Counted from the first letter of the stretch, positions 17,806 to 25,717 are shown. The stretch: DNA of 57,373 nucleotides from a virus (IMGVR_UViG_3300027708_000084:1-57373), one strand, 5' to 3'. The notes: generated by a model not told the origin, from the letters alone. Made by a program: numbers and translations.

Positions 17806-17879
17806 TGGGGGTTAGTTAAATGGTATAACCACGGATTTTGATTCCGTTATTACAAGTTCGATTCTTGTACCCTCTGCCA
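17806..17879 (+). tRNA. tRNA-Gln(UUG)
   Basis: Loop TTTTGAT; CCA. Confidence 0.88.
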
Positions 17880-17893
17880 AACCAAGTAAAATC

Positions 17894-18370
17894 ATGCGTA
17901 AACTTAATATAGAAGAAGTAAAAGAGTACATAAGCAATAGTTCTCCTGAAAGTAAGATTTATTTAGGAGTTGATAGTGAACGTGTAAACGTACAGGGTAA
18001 ATGGTATGCAGACTATACATTGGCAATTGTAATACACATTGATGGAAAACATGGATGTAAAATTTTTGGTGAAGTTGAACGAGAGCGAGACTGGGATCAA
18101 AAAGCCAATAAACCTTCAATGAGATTAATGCAAGAAGTATATAAAGTAAGCGAATTATTTCAAAAATTAAGCAGTGTACTAGAAGACAAACACGTTGAAG
18201 TACACTTGGATATTAATCCACAAGAACGATATAAATCTTCGGCTGTAGTACAACAAGCTGTAGGTTATATAAAAGGTACTTGTAATATACAAGCACAAAT
18301 AAAACCAAGGGCATTTGCTGCAAGTTATGCAGCAGATAGATTAAAATTTATATTAAGTAAACAAAAATGA
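17894..18370 (+). CDS. RNase H-like YkuK family protein
   Basis: Y.G.DS, RL..EV, EVH.DIN, AADR. Confidence 0.75.
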   Translation: MRKLNIEEVKEYISNSSPESKIYLGVDSERVNVQGKWYADYTLAIVIHIDGKHGCKIFGEVERERDWDQKANKPSMRLMQEVYKVSELFQKLSSVLEDKHVEVHLDINPQERYKSSAVVQQAVGYIKGTCNIQAQIKPRAFAASYAADRLKFILSKQK

Positions 18371-18570
18371 CTGACAGATTTGACCTAGAACAAGATATTA
18401 TGAAATGCTGGAATGTTGTAGAAGATATTAAAAATCTTTATGATGTTAGTGACAGTTTAACTGAAGATCAGTTACAAAATTATTTACTTGGCTTGACTGC
18501 CATTTATGAAGTAAAATTTAATAAATTATGGGAATCATTTGAATATTGTATAAACAATAAACAAATATAA
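18367..18570 (+). CDS. hypothetical protein
   Basis: DRFDLEQ.IM.CW pattern; coupled. Confidence 0.65.
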   Translation: MTDRFDLEQDIMKCWNVVEDIKNLYDVSDSLTEDQLQNYLLGLTAIYEVKFNKLWESFEYCINNKQI

Positions 18571-18615
18571 ATGCAGAGCAATCTGCTTTCATCAATAACA
18601 AAAGAAGGAAATATT

Positions 18616-18840
18616 ATGCAAGGATTTAATAACCAAGGAGTTCCTGATTACATGAATCAAACTCCAAATGCACGTATGCAACAAGTACCAGAAACTGATG
18701 ATTTGCCTATGCTAACACCAGTACAAGGAGTTAACGACAATGCAAACAGCAATCATCAAGGTGATTTAGGTGGCGCTGTAATGAGCACGCAAACTATTAG
18801 TGAACCAGCAGAAACAAGTAAACTTGACACAAAAGCATAA
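18616..18840 (+). CDS. hypothetical low-complexity protein
   Basis: ATG after GAAGGA. Confidence 0.55.
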   Translation: MQGFNNQGVPDYMNQTPNARMQQVPETDDLPMLTPVQGVNDNANSNHQGDLGGAVMSTQTISEPAETSKLDTKA

Positions 18841-18845
18841 TTTAT

Positions 18846-18919
18846 AAAGGCGGAGCCAGTTGGACGGGCACTGGATTGCAAATCCATGGAAGCAGGTTCG
18901 ATTCCTGTCGCCTTTTCCA
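18846..18919 (+). tRNA. tRNA-Cys(GCA)
   Basis: Loop TTGCAAA; U73 discriminator; CCA; atypical G8. Confidence 0.8.
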
Positions 18920-18938
18920 AAAACTTGAAAAGTATAAC

Positions 18939-19226
18939 ATGAAAAAACTAATTGTAGCAAGTTTAGTAGCATTGACTATTTGCACGGCAAACTCAGAAGC
19001 GTTTACTGCAGCAAAACCAATTCTTTGCGGTGAAACACAAGAAGTACTAGAATCCTTAAAAGATTTTAAGGAAACTATTGTGTATGCGGGCATTAATGGG
19101 GACAATCACTTAATAAGTGTATGGATTAATCCTTCTGCACAAACTGCTACAATTACTGAATCTAATAATCAAATAACTTGCATACTAACAATAATCAATA
19201 ATTTAAAATACAAAGAAATTTTTTAA
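18939..19226 (+). CDS. exported hypothetical protein
   Basis: MKKLIVASLVAL signal peptide. Confidence 0.6.
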   Translation: MKKLIVASLVALTICTANSEAFTAAKPILCGETQEVLESLKDFKETIVYAGINGDNHLISVWINPSAQTATITESNNQITCILTIINNLKYKEIF

Positions 19227-19235
19227 GGAACCAAA

Positions 19236-20102
19236 ATGAAAATCGCAGTTTGCTCAGACTTGCACTTAGAGTTTGATACATTAACACTAAAAAATACTGA
19301 AAACGCACAAGTTTTAATCTTGGGCGGAGATATTTGCGTGGCTCGTGATTTACTGGACAAAGATAGCGTAGAAATATTTGACAGATTTGATCGTAGCGGT
19401 GGACTACACGAATTCTTCCAAATGTGCTGCCGTAACTTTAGTCACGTTGTGTATGTTGCTGGTAATCACGAGCACTACAACGGCGACTATGCCAAAACTT
19501 TTACAATTCTGCGTGATAGACTAGCGTACTTGCCCAACCTACACATCTTAGACAAACAAACATTTGTATTAGATGACGTTACCTTTATTGGCGGCACGCT
19601 GTGGACTGACATGAATAACGAAGACAGCATGACCTTACGTCATATCAAAGGCATGATGAATGATTTTCGTTGTGTCAATAATAGTAATAGTATAGTCAAT
19701 TTCAAGACGTTTGATGAAAATGGTAATGCTGAATTCAAAACACGTGTTGCTAAATTTTTACCAGAAGATGCTGTTGCAGACCACAAACTAATGATGAGTT
19801 ATGTTGCTGAAGTTATTTCAGGCAAATTTGACAAAAAGTTTGTGGTTGTTGGGCATCATGCTCCTAGTAAGGCATCAACTCATCCTCGCTATAAGTATGA
19901 AGAATTAATGAATGGTGCTTATAGCAGCGATCTAGATGACTTTATAATCGATCATCCACAAATCAAATTGTGGACTCATGGTCACACTCATGAAGACTTT
20001 GACTATCAAGTTGGCTCAACCAGAGTAGTTTGCAATCCACGTGGTTACGCAAACTATGAAGATCGTGCTGACAAGTTTCAGTTAAAGTTTGTAGAAGTAT
20101 AA
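19236..20102 (+). CDS. metallophosphoesterase (calcineurin-like)
   Basis: SDLH, GD, GNHE, HH.P, HGHTH motifs. Confidence 0.9.
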   Translation: MKIAVCSDLHLEFDTLTLKNTENAQVLILGGDICVARDLLDKDSVEIFDRFDRSGGLHEFFQMCCRNFSHVVYVAGNHEHYNGDYAKTFTILRDRLAYLPNLHILDKQTFVLDDVTFIGGTLWTDMNNEDSMTLRHIKGMMNDFRCVNNSNSIVNFKTFDENGNAEFKTRVAKFLPEDAVADHKLMMSYVAEVISGKFDKKFVVVGHHAPSKASTHPRYKYEELMNGAYSSDLDDFIIDHPQIKLWTHGHTHEDFDYQVGSTRVVCNPRGYANYEDRADKFQLKFVEV

Positions 20103-20107
20103 TTTAT

Positions 20108-20435
20108 TGTTGTATGAAGCAACGAGAACCGTGTCTTGGACGGGGGTGCGAATCCCCCCACCTCCACCATAAGGATTTTTATGTTTGATGAATGGCATTG
20201 GGTTTATCTATGGGGCATATTAATTTGGATAAATTATATGTTCTGTCTCATAAAAAGTCTTTATGATGGGGGTGACTAGTTTCGACAGGGCAAGTAGTAG
20301 CAGAGTGGACAACACATCAGAGCAGATGTTAAAACTAAACAAAAGTAAACGCAAACGACTCACAGTTCGCATTAGCAGCTTAAACACTGCTTAGGGTTTT
20401 TGGTAGGTTTCCTCGTAACAGAATAACCTACCGCT
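20108..20435 (+). ncRNA. ssrA: circularly permuted two-piece tmRNA
   Basis: Acceptor piece ends ...CACCTCCACCA at 20169; coding piece starts GGGGGTGA at 20268 (G3-U70 Ala identity); tag ANDSQFALAA* at 20351-20383; outer ends approximate. Confidence 0.88.
20181..20279 (+). CDS. 32-aa hydrophobic peptide encoded in the tmRNA intervening segment
   Basis: TAAGGA-N5-ATG; MFDEWHWVYLWGILIWINYMFCLIKSLYDGGD. Confidence 0.5.
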   Translation: MFDEWHWVYLWGILIWINYMFCLIKSLYDGGD

Positions 20436-20455
20436 TTACTAACGGATAAATAATT

Positions 20456-21064
20456 ATGGCAAATAAAAACACAAGCCTTTTTGACCCTAAACTGCTAGAT
20501 CTTGAAGGTGGTACAAATCACTTTTGCAAATCAGCTGCAAAATTGTATGAATTTTACCTAAGTGGTGACATTGGTTCACCTGAAGAATATATTGAATGGT
20601 TTGATGTTATTCGTAATGCCACATCCAGTGATACTATTCGCATCTACATTAACAGTGCAGGCGGAGATCTTTATACAACTCTACAATTTTTGCGTGTAAT
20701 GGGCGAAACTCAAGCCGAAATAATTACCAGTGTAGAAGGCGCTTGCATGAGTGCTGCTACTATGATATTTTTAAGCGGACACGTTCATGAAGTAACACCG
20801 CACTCACTATTTATGTTTCACAACTACAGTGCAGGAACATTTGGCAAAGGCGGAGAAATGTATGACCAAGTACAATTTGAACGCCGTTGGTCAGAAAACT
20901 TTATGGTAGAAGTGTACAAAGATTTTCTAACTGAAGACGAAATCAAATCTATGTTGAACAACAAAGACATTTGGTTAAGTTCTGAGGAAGTAATAAGCCG
21001 ACTAGAAGTAATCTACAAAAAACTAGAAGCTAAAAGAAATGATGTTGTGGCGTCTGTGGACTAA
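20456..21064 (+). CDS. clpP: ClpP-like protease
   Basis: IYINS.GG, G.CMSAAT.I (Ser), FMFH (His), DIWL. Confidence 0.85.
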   Translation: MANKNTSLFDPKLLDLEGGTNHFCKSAAKLYEFYLSGDIGSPEEYIEWFDVIRNATSSDTIRIYINSAGGDLYTTLQFLRVMGETQAEIITSVEGACMSAATMIFLSGHVHEVTPHSLFMFHNYSAGTFGKGGEMYDQVQFERRWSENFMVEVYKDFLTEDEIKSMLNNKDIWLSSEEVISRLEVIYKKLEAKRNDVVASVD

Positions 21065-21194
21065 GGCCTTAGGTGACAAATCAGGCAGTACAAATCGTGA
21101 AGCAGATTATATTGCACTAATTCGTACTGCAATAGTATTGCTTAGTATAATAGCTAACATAGTTATTATACTAGGCGTAATCAGACATTGGTGA
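21042..21194 (+). CDS. 50-aa membrane protein
   Basis: Manual translation MLWRLWTKALG...IALIRT...GVIRHW. Confidence 0.55.
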   Translation: MLWRLWTKALGDKSGSTNREADYIALIRTAIVLLSIIANIVIILGVIRHW

Positions 21195-21198
21195 ACAC

Positions 21199-21459
21199 AT
21201 GGCTATTAGTTTTAAAAGTATAAAATCAACCAACTTAGGTATGTTGGATAAAATCACAACAGGCAAACTACAAGGTTGCCGAGTGTGTGATGTTATACCA
21301 GATCACTATGAATACCTAATCTGGGCAGAAAAATCTGGATTACTAAAGTTTAATACAGAAACAACAAAGTTTATACAGCAACAGGCAGGTTATGTTGAAA
21401 AACAACGTCACTATGACGAAGAAGTCAAGCCTTGGCTAGACGAAGACATTCCATTTTAA
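21199..21459 (+). CDS. ExoX C-terminal-like domain protein with DEDIPF tail
   Basis: GKLQG..V.DV.....YL.W; acidic IPF C-terminus. Confidence 0.6.
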   Translation: MAISFKSIKSTNLGMLDKITTGKLQGCRVCDVIPDHYEYLIWAEKSGLLKFNTETTKFIQQQAGYVEKQRHYDEEVKPWLDEDIPF

Positions 21460-21464
21460 TTATC

Positions 21465-21540
21465 ATCCCTATCATCTAGCGGCCAAGGATAGCAGGTTTT
21501 CAGCCTGTTCACGTGGGTTCGAATCCCGCTAGGGATGCCA
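21465..21540 (+). tRNA. tRNA-Glu(UUC), second copy
   Basis: Loop TTTTCAG; G73; CCA. Confidence 0.88.
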
Positions 21541-21546
21541 AAATTT

Positions 21547-21620
21547 GCGGGTAAGCCTAAGGTAGGACGCCAGCCTTCCAAGCTGCGCTGAGTGGAGTTC
21601 GATTCTCCCTACCCGCTCCA
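21547..21620 (+). tRNA. tRNA-Gly(UCC)
   Basis: Loop CTTCCAA; GCGGGTA/TACCCGC acceptor; TCCA. Confidence 0.85.
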
Positions 21621-21634
21621 CTTAAGGATATGCT

Positions 21635-21937
21635 ATGAAAAAAGAAATTGCTGATTATATTAATGCGGTAGATAGTTTTATTAAAAGCATTAAAATAAAA
21701 ACAGGTGATAGTGTTAGTTGGTCTAGCAGCGGAGGTTCTGCGCGTGGCAAAATAACAAAAATAATTACCAGTGGCAGTGAAAATATTCCTGGCAGTAGTT
21801 TTAAAATTACAGGTACTCCTGAAGACCCAGGTGCTCTTATTCGTGTATACAGACCTGATGCTGATGGCAAGTATAAACCCACAGATACTATTGTTGGACA
21901 CAAAGTCAGCAGTCTTAATAAAATTGCAGACTTATAG
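21635..21937 (+). CDS. Tudor/SH3-like protein (DUF2945-like)
   Basis: GD.VSW.S.GG...G.I; DP...I; V.HK.S.L. Confidence 0.6.
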   Translation: MKKEIADYINAVDSFIKSIKIKTGDSVSWSSSGGSARGKITKIITSGSENIPGSSFKITGTPEDPGALIRVYRPDADGKYKPTDTIVGHKVSSLNKIADL

Positions 21938-22008
21938 TCAGTTCCTATGTGACTTTAAAAAAGGCCGCGACAACGCCAACGGTTTAGCGTAAGGTAACAG
22001 TTGGATTT

Positions 22009-22083
22009 GCATCCTTAGCTCAGCGGTAGAGCAGTGCTTTTACACGGCAAAGGTCGGCGGTTCGAACCCGTCAGGATGTACCA
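22009..22083 (+). tRNA. tRNA-Val(UAC)
   Basis: Loop TTTACAC; CCA. Confidence 0.88.
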
Positions 22084-22118
22084 AGATAGCCTATCAGATA
22101 GAACAGAAGATAAAACAC

Positions 22119-23567
22119 ATGAATTTTTTAGGAATACATACTGGTACACATGATTCTAATTTTACCTTTACAAGCGGTAAAAATATAAGGTATTTTAAAT
22201 CTGAAAGATTTAAACAGATAAAACATCACGCTTACTACGGTATTACTACTGAATTACTAAATGATTTAAAAAATTTTGGTATAGATATAAACAAACTAGA
22301 CGCTGTAGCAATATCAGGTCAGTTTAATTTGACAGATGCCGAAGAAAAACAATATCACTTATTAAAACAAACAGTATTTAACTGCGCTACTTACAGCGTA
22401 AATCACCATTATAGTCACGCATTAAGTTGTTTTCCTTTAGAAAATTATAATTTAGTTACTAAAAAATTTGTATTAGATGGAGCTGGTGTAAGCTCCTCTT
22501 CTGAAAAGCAGGATTACGAAACTATTTCAGTTTTTGATAATCAGGGAATTGTATTAAAAAAATATAGATTACCAGAAGTAATGTCTTTAGGTAGGGCGCT
22601 TAGAATTCTTGGGCAACATTGGAATCTAGAGGGCCATAGAACCGACCATGCGGGCAAGTTAATGGCATATCAGTCATATGGAAAAATTGACCTCTGTCTT
22701 ATAAAGCAACTTGAAAATCTAAATATAACACAAATAGAAAAATTATTTTCAAATCCCCCAACAGAACCCTGTCACGATTGGTTAAGAAATAGGCATTTTA
22801 TTAGTGAAAAAATAATTAATGACTTTTTTAAGTATTTAGCTTTAAATAGTGAATATATTTCTTACTCAGGTGGAGTAGCACATAATATACTAATTAACTC
22901 TCAGTTAAAACAGTGGAATAATAATATTGTTATTCCACCTCATTGTGGAGACGACGGAATATCATTAGGTCTAGTAGAGTTACTAAGACAAATATATCAA
23001 CAAGAACCTTTTATTAATACTGGATTTCCTTACTGGCAACAAGATGAAGTTAAAGAGCTGCCATCAAAAACAGTAATTAAAAAAGCAGCAGAAATGATTG
23101 CTAATGGTAAAATAATTGGTTGGTGCCAGGGTAAAGGTGAAATAGGTGCAAGAGCTTTAGGCAATCGCTCTATATTAATGAGAGCAGATCTGGTAGATGG
23201 AAAAGACATAATAAATACTAAAGTAAAACATCGAGAACACTATAGGCCTTTTGGGTGCAGCATTCTATTAGAAGATACAAATAAACACATGGACTGTAAT
23301 TTTTATAGCCCATATATGTTATACAGTGTTAATGTATCTGATTCATCTCTTAAATCTATAACTCACGTAGACGGAACCACTAGGCCTCAAACAGTAGTAG
23401 ATGGGTTGTTTTCAGAACTATTACTTGAAGTAAAAAAATTAACAGGTTCTTCTATAGTTTTAAATACTTCACTAAATGTTAATGGATTTCCAATAGCTAC
23501 ACCAGAATATGCTATAAATCTTAAACATAAACTAGATGGATTATTTATAGGCAATAGTTATATTTAA
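22119..23567 (+). CDS. carbamoyltransferase, NodU/CmcH family
   Basis: HDS, ER....KH, HH..HA, DG.G, GKLM, SGGVA.N, GD.G, E.G.RALGNRS, RPF, HVDGT.R.Q, LNTS.N. Confidence 0.88.
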   Translation: MNFLGIHTGTHDSNFTFTSGKNIRYFKSERFKQIKHHAYYGITTELLNDLKNFGIDINKLDAVAISGQFNLTDAEEKQYHLLKQTVFNCATYSVNHHYSHALSCFPLENYNLVTKKFVLDGAGVSSSSEKQDYETISVFDNQGIVLKKYRLPEVMSLGRALRILGQHWNLEGHRTDHAGKLMAYQSYGKIDLCLIKQLENLNITQIEKLFSNPPTEPCHDWLRNRHFISEKIINDFFKYLALNSEYISYSGGVAHNILINSQLKQWNNNIVIPPHCGDDGISLGLVELLRQIYQQEPFINTGFPYWQQDEVKELPSKTVIKKAAEMIANGKIIGWCQGKGEIGARALGNRSILMRADLVDGKDIINTKVKHREHYRPFGCSILLEDTNKHMDCNFYSPYMLYSVNVSDSSLKSITHVDGTTRPQTVVDGLFSELLLEVKKLTGSSIVLNTSLNVNGFPIATPEYAINLKHKLDGLFIGNSYI

Positions 23568-23583
23568 TTAAGTACTAATATAT

Positions 23584-23659
23584 GGCTTTAAAGTGTTCAC
23601 GGACGCACGCCACACTGTCACTGTGGAAGAGTGGGGATCGTTACCCCCTAAAGCCGCCA
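23584..23659 (+). tRNA. tRNA-Asp(GUC)
   Basis: Loop CTGTCAC; GCCA; atypical T-loop ATCGTTA. Confidence 0.82.
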
Positions 23660-23663
23660 ATAT

Positions 23664-23739
23664 CTCTCTAAAGTGTTATCAGGTTGCATCCGCGGTTTGG
23701 GGCCGTGTGGTCTTGGTTCAAATCCAAGTAGGGAGACCA
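23664..23739 (+). tRNA. tRNA-Pro(UGG)
   Basis: Loop TTTGGGG; CCA. Confidence 0.85.
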
Positions 23740-23751
23740 GTTTGTTTTGGC

Positions 23752-23825
23752 GTGGCCATGTTGTAATGGTAGCAACCTAGACTGTGACTCTGGTAGTATG
23801 GGTTCGAAACCCATTGGTCACCCCA
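23752..23825 (+). tRNA. tRNA-His(GUG)
   Basis: Loop CTGTGAC; C73; CCA. Confidence 0.88.
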
Positions 23826-23836
23826 AAGCAAATTAA

Positions 23837-23910
23837 GTCTCGTAAGTGTTATGGTAGCACATTAGTCTCCAAAACTAAGGGCGGCGGTTCGACTCCGTCA
23901 CGGGATACCA
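23837..23910 (+). tRNA. tRNA-Trp(CCA)
   Basis: Loop CTCCAAA; CCA. Confidence 0.88.
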
Positions 23911-23919
23911 AATTTAAAC

Positions 23920-23948
23920 TTGAAGTTTTTTTAAAAAAATTTTATAAT
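23920..23948 (+). promoter_or_regulatory. sigma70-like promoter
   Basis: TTGAAG-N17-TATAAT. Confidence 0.65.
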
Positions 23949-23967
23949 ATATTCTTTAAGGAAAAAT

Positions 23968-24177
23968 ATGGCTAAAGCATATACAAAAGAATTTTTAGTT
24001 GACGCTTTCTTGTCTAGATATGTGTGTTTGGGATCGGTTGTGCTTGCTTCAATGCGAGTAATGGCTGAAAACCACTACGATAGTGTAGGCAAAGAAAAGT
24101 TTCGCACAAGTGCTTCGCTAGATGCAGAAGCAATTAAAAAGTATGTCGCAGAGTATGGAAGTGGTCTATCCGTCTAG
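23968..24177 (+). CDS. hypothetical protein
   Basis: TAAGGA SD; stop lies inside tRNA-Met. Confidence 0.65.
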   Translation: MAKAYTKEFLVDAFLSRYVCLGSVVLASMRVMAENHYDSVGKEKFRTSASLDAEAIKKYVAEYGSGLSV

Positions 24178-24223
24178 TCTCATAAGCTAGAAATCGCAGG
24201 TTCGAATCCTGCCTCTGCTACCA
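24147..24223 (+). tRNA. tRNA-Met(CAU), initiator-like
   Basis: Loop CTCATAA; C1xU72 mismatch; CCA. Confidence 0.8.
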
Positions 24224-24227
24224 AATT

Positions 24228-24314
24228 GGAGAATGAGAAGCATTGGCGACTTCAGCAGACTGTAAATCTGTAGCCCCCAGGGGCAACGGGGTTCGAATCC
24301 CTGATTCTCCACCA
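24228..24314 (+). tRNA. tRNA-Tyr(GUA)
   Basis: Loop CTGTAAA; long variable arm; CCA. Confidence 0.88.
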
Positions 24315-24321
24315 AGTATAT

Positions 24322-24396
24322 CTCGCCTTAGTATAATGGATAATACATTAGGCTTCTACCCTACGAATGTGGGTTCGATTCCTGCAGGCGAGACCA
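24322..24396 (+). tRNA. tRNA-Arg(UCU)
   Basis: Loop CTTCTAC; CCA. Confidence 0.88.
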
Positions 24397-24403
24397 ATAA
24401 TAT

Positions 24404-24583
24404 ATGAATAATGAAAATTTAGTTTATCGCCTAAGAAAACGTGCTGAAATTCGCAGGCAAATACCAACACGAAAATCTGTGCAAGAAAATGCACCTGATA
24501 GAATTGCAGACTTGTTAGAAGAAGCTGCTAATATAATAGAATTGTTGGAGAGTGGGCAGGATGGTAATGCAACAGATTGCTAA
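24404..24583 (+). CDS. 59-aa hypothetical protein
   Basis: Manual translation MNNENLVYRLRKRAEIRRQI...DRIADLLEEAA...; stop lies inside tRNA-Ser. Confidence 0.6.
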   Translation: MNNENLVYRLRKRAEIRRQIPTRKSVQENAPDRIADLLEEAANIIELLESGQDGNATDC

Positions 24584-24633
24584 TCTGTCATCCAGAAATG
24601 GGTGAGTGGGTTCGACTCCCACACTCTCCGCCA
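24547..24633 (+). tRNA. tRNA-Ser(GCU)
   Basis: Loop TTGCTAA; long variable arm; GCCA. Confidence 0.88.
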
Positions 24634-24638
24634 ATTAT

Positions 24639-24713
24639 TGCCACGTAGCTCAGAGGCAGAGCAATCGGTTGATAACCGATAGGCCGACATTTCGAAATTG
24701 TCCGTGGCAACCA
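24639..24713 (+). tRNA. tRNA-Ile(GAU)
   Basis: Loop TTGATAA; CCA. Confidence 0.88.
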
Positions 24714-24718
24714 AACGC

Positions 24719-24795
24719 GCGCTGATAGCTCAGTTGGTCAGAGCAGGCGACTCATAATCGCTTGGTCGGGGGTTCAAGTCCCTCTCGGCGTACCA
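24719..24795 (+). tRNA. tRNA-Ile2(CAU) (lysidine type) or Met
   Basis: Arm GGCGACTCATAATCGCT resembles enterobacterial ileX; CCA. Confidence 0.8.
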
Positions 24796-24798
24796 CTC

Positions 24799-24824
24799 AA
24801 CCCAGCTACCTAGCTGGGTTTTTT
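24799..24824 (+). terminator. intrinsic terminator
   Basis: AACCCAGCTA/TAGCTGGGTT stem plus T tract. Confidence 0.75.
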
Positions 24825-24841
24825 GATTCAAAAAAATAATC

Positions 24842-24870
24842 TTGAACTTTTATGCTAATTTTAGTATAAT
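24842..24870 (+). promoter_or_regulatory. sigma70-like promoter
   Basis: TTGAAC-N17-TATAAT. Confidence 0.65.
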
Positions 24871-24906
24871 ATAATCTTTCCATAACCAACCAACCAAAGG
24901 AAACAA

Positions 24907-25197
24907 ATGAAATACTATTTCGGACAAGTAGACAGTGATGATGTAGACAATTACGGAGACGAAGGTCTTTTTGAGTATGCTGGTGACCAGTACTACAGTT
25001 CAGTTGAATTTAATGGAGAAGATGACTTTGTTATTTCTGATTCAGTGGGTCGTAGCATCCCTATGTCAGTTAATCACATTGGTTTACTTATTCAAGTTTT
25101 AGAAGGAATAAGAGATTCAATTGAAACCATTGAAAATGGTAAAGCAGAACAAGAAGCAGTCGAAGACGAAGACAATATTACTGTATTTGAGTGGTAA
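24907..25197 (+). CDS. highly acidic hypothetical protein
   Basis: D/E-rich 96 aa; AAAGGA SD. Confidence 0.7.
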   Translation: MKYYFGQVDSDDVDNYGDEGLFEYAGDQYYSSVEFNGEDDFVISDSVGRSIPMSVNHIGLLIQVLEGIRDSIETIENGKAEQEAVEDEDNITVFEW

Positions 25198-25203
25198 TCC
25201 CTA

Positions 25204-25395
25204 GTGAAAAAAACAGTTACAGAAACAAAAGTAAATACTCAATATCAGCCAACTAGACTAAATAAGTTGAAAAAGCTTCTTGAAGATAATCCTAATAATA
25301 AACAACTTCAAGAAGCTGTAACTAAAATTGCAACAACTTTGCCTGAGGGCAAGGTTGATTTTAGTATTGCGGCTCGTGTAAATTGGAAACCTTAA
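25204..25395 (+). CDS. hypothetical protein
   Basis: ORF within the operon. Confidence 0.5.
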   Translation: MKKTVTETKVNTQYQPTRLNKLKKLLEDNPNNKQLQEAVTKIATTLPEGKVDFSIAARVNWKP

Positions 25396-25652
25396 TGACT
25401 ATATTTGAATGGTATTTATTAATTGCCTTAACAACTTCGATTTATAGTATGTTTGATGTGTATATTCCAGTAATGCAAACAGCTAAAAGTAATTCAGTAA
25501 ATAATGTGTTAACCAATAACTTTTTTCTGAGTTGTTTTATATTTTTTTGCATTACCATGATTATTACACCTTTTATTATTGCTCCACTGTTAATTCCTAG
25601 TATGAACGCTAGGTTTCGTGAGAGTTTGTTAAACAACATAAGCCAAGAGTAA
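25395..25652 (+). CDS. membrane protein
   Basis: Two transmembrane segments; TAATG coupling. Confidence 0.6.
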   Translation: MTIFEWYLLIALTTSIYSMFDVYIPVMQTAKSNSVNNVLTNNFFLSCFIFFCITMIITPFIIAPLLIPSMNARFRESLLNNISQE

Positions 25653-25717
25653 AAATTTAAATTTGAATATTGTGTTATTGTATTGTATAATATATCTTTA
25701 TTCAAAGGAAAACATCA

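Noticed and set aside
23784-23975. 63-aa ORF from the track
   Set aside because: It overlaps tRNA-His, tRNA-Trp and a promoter; spurious
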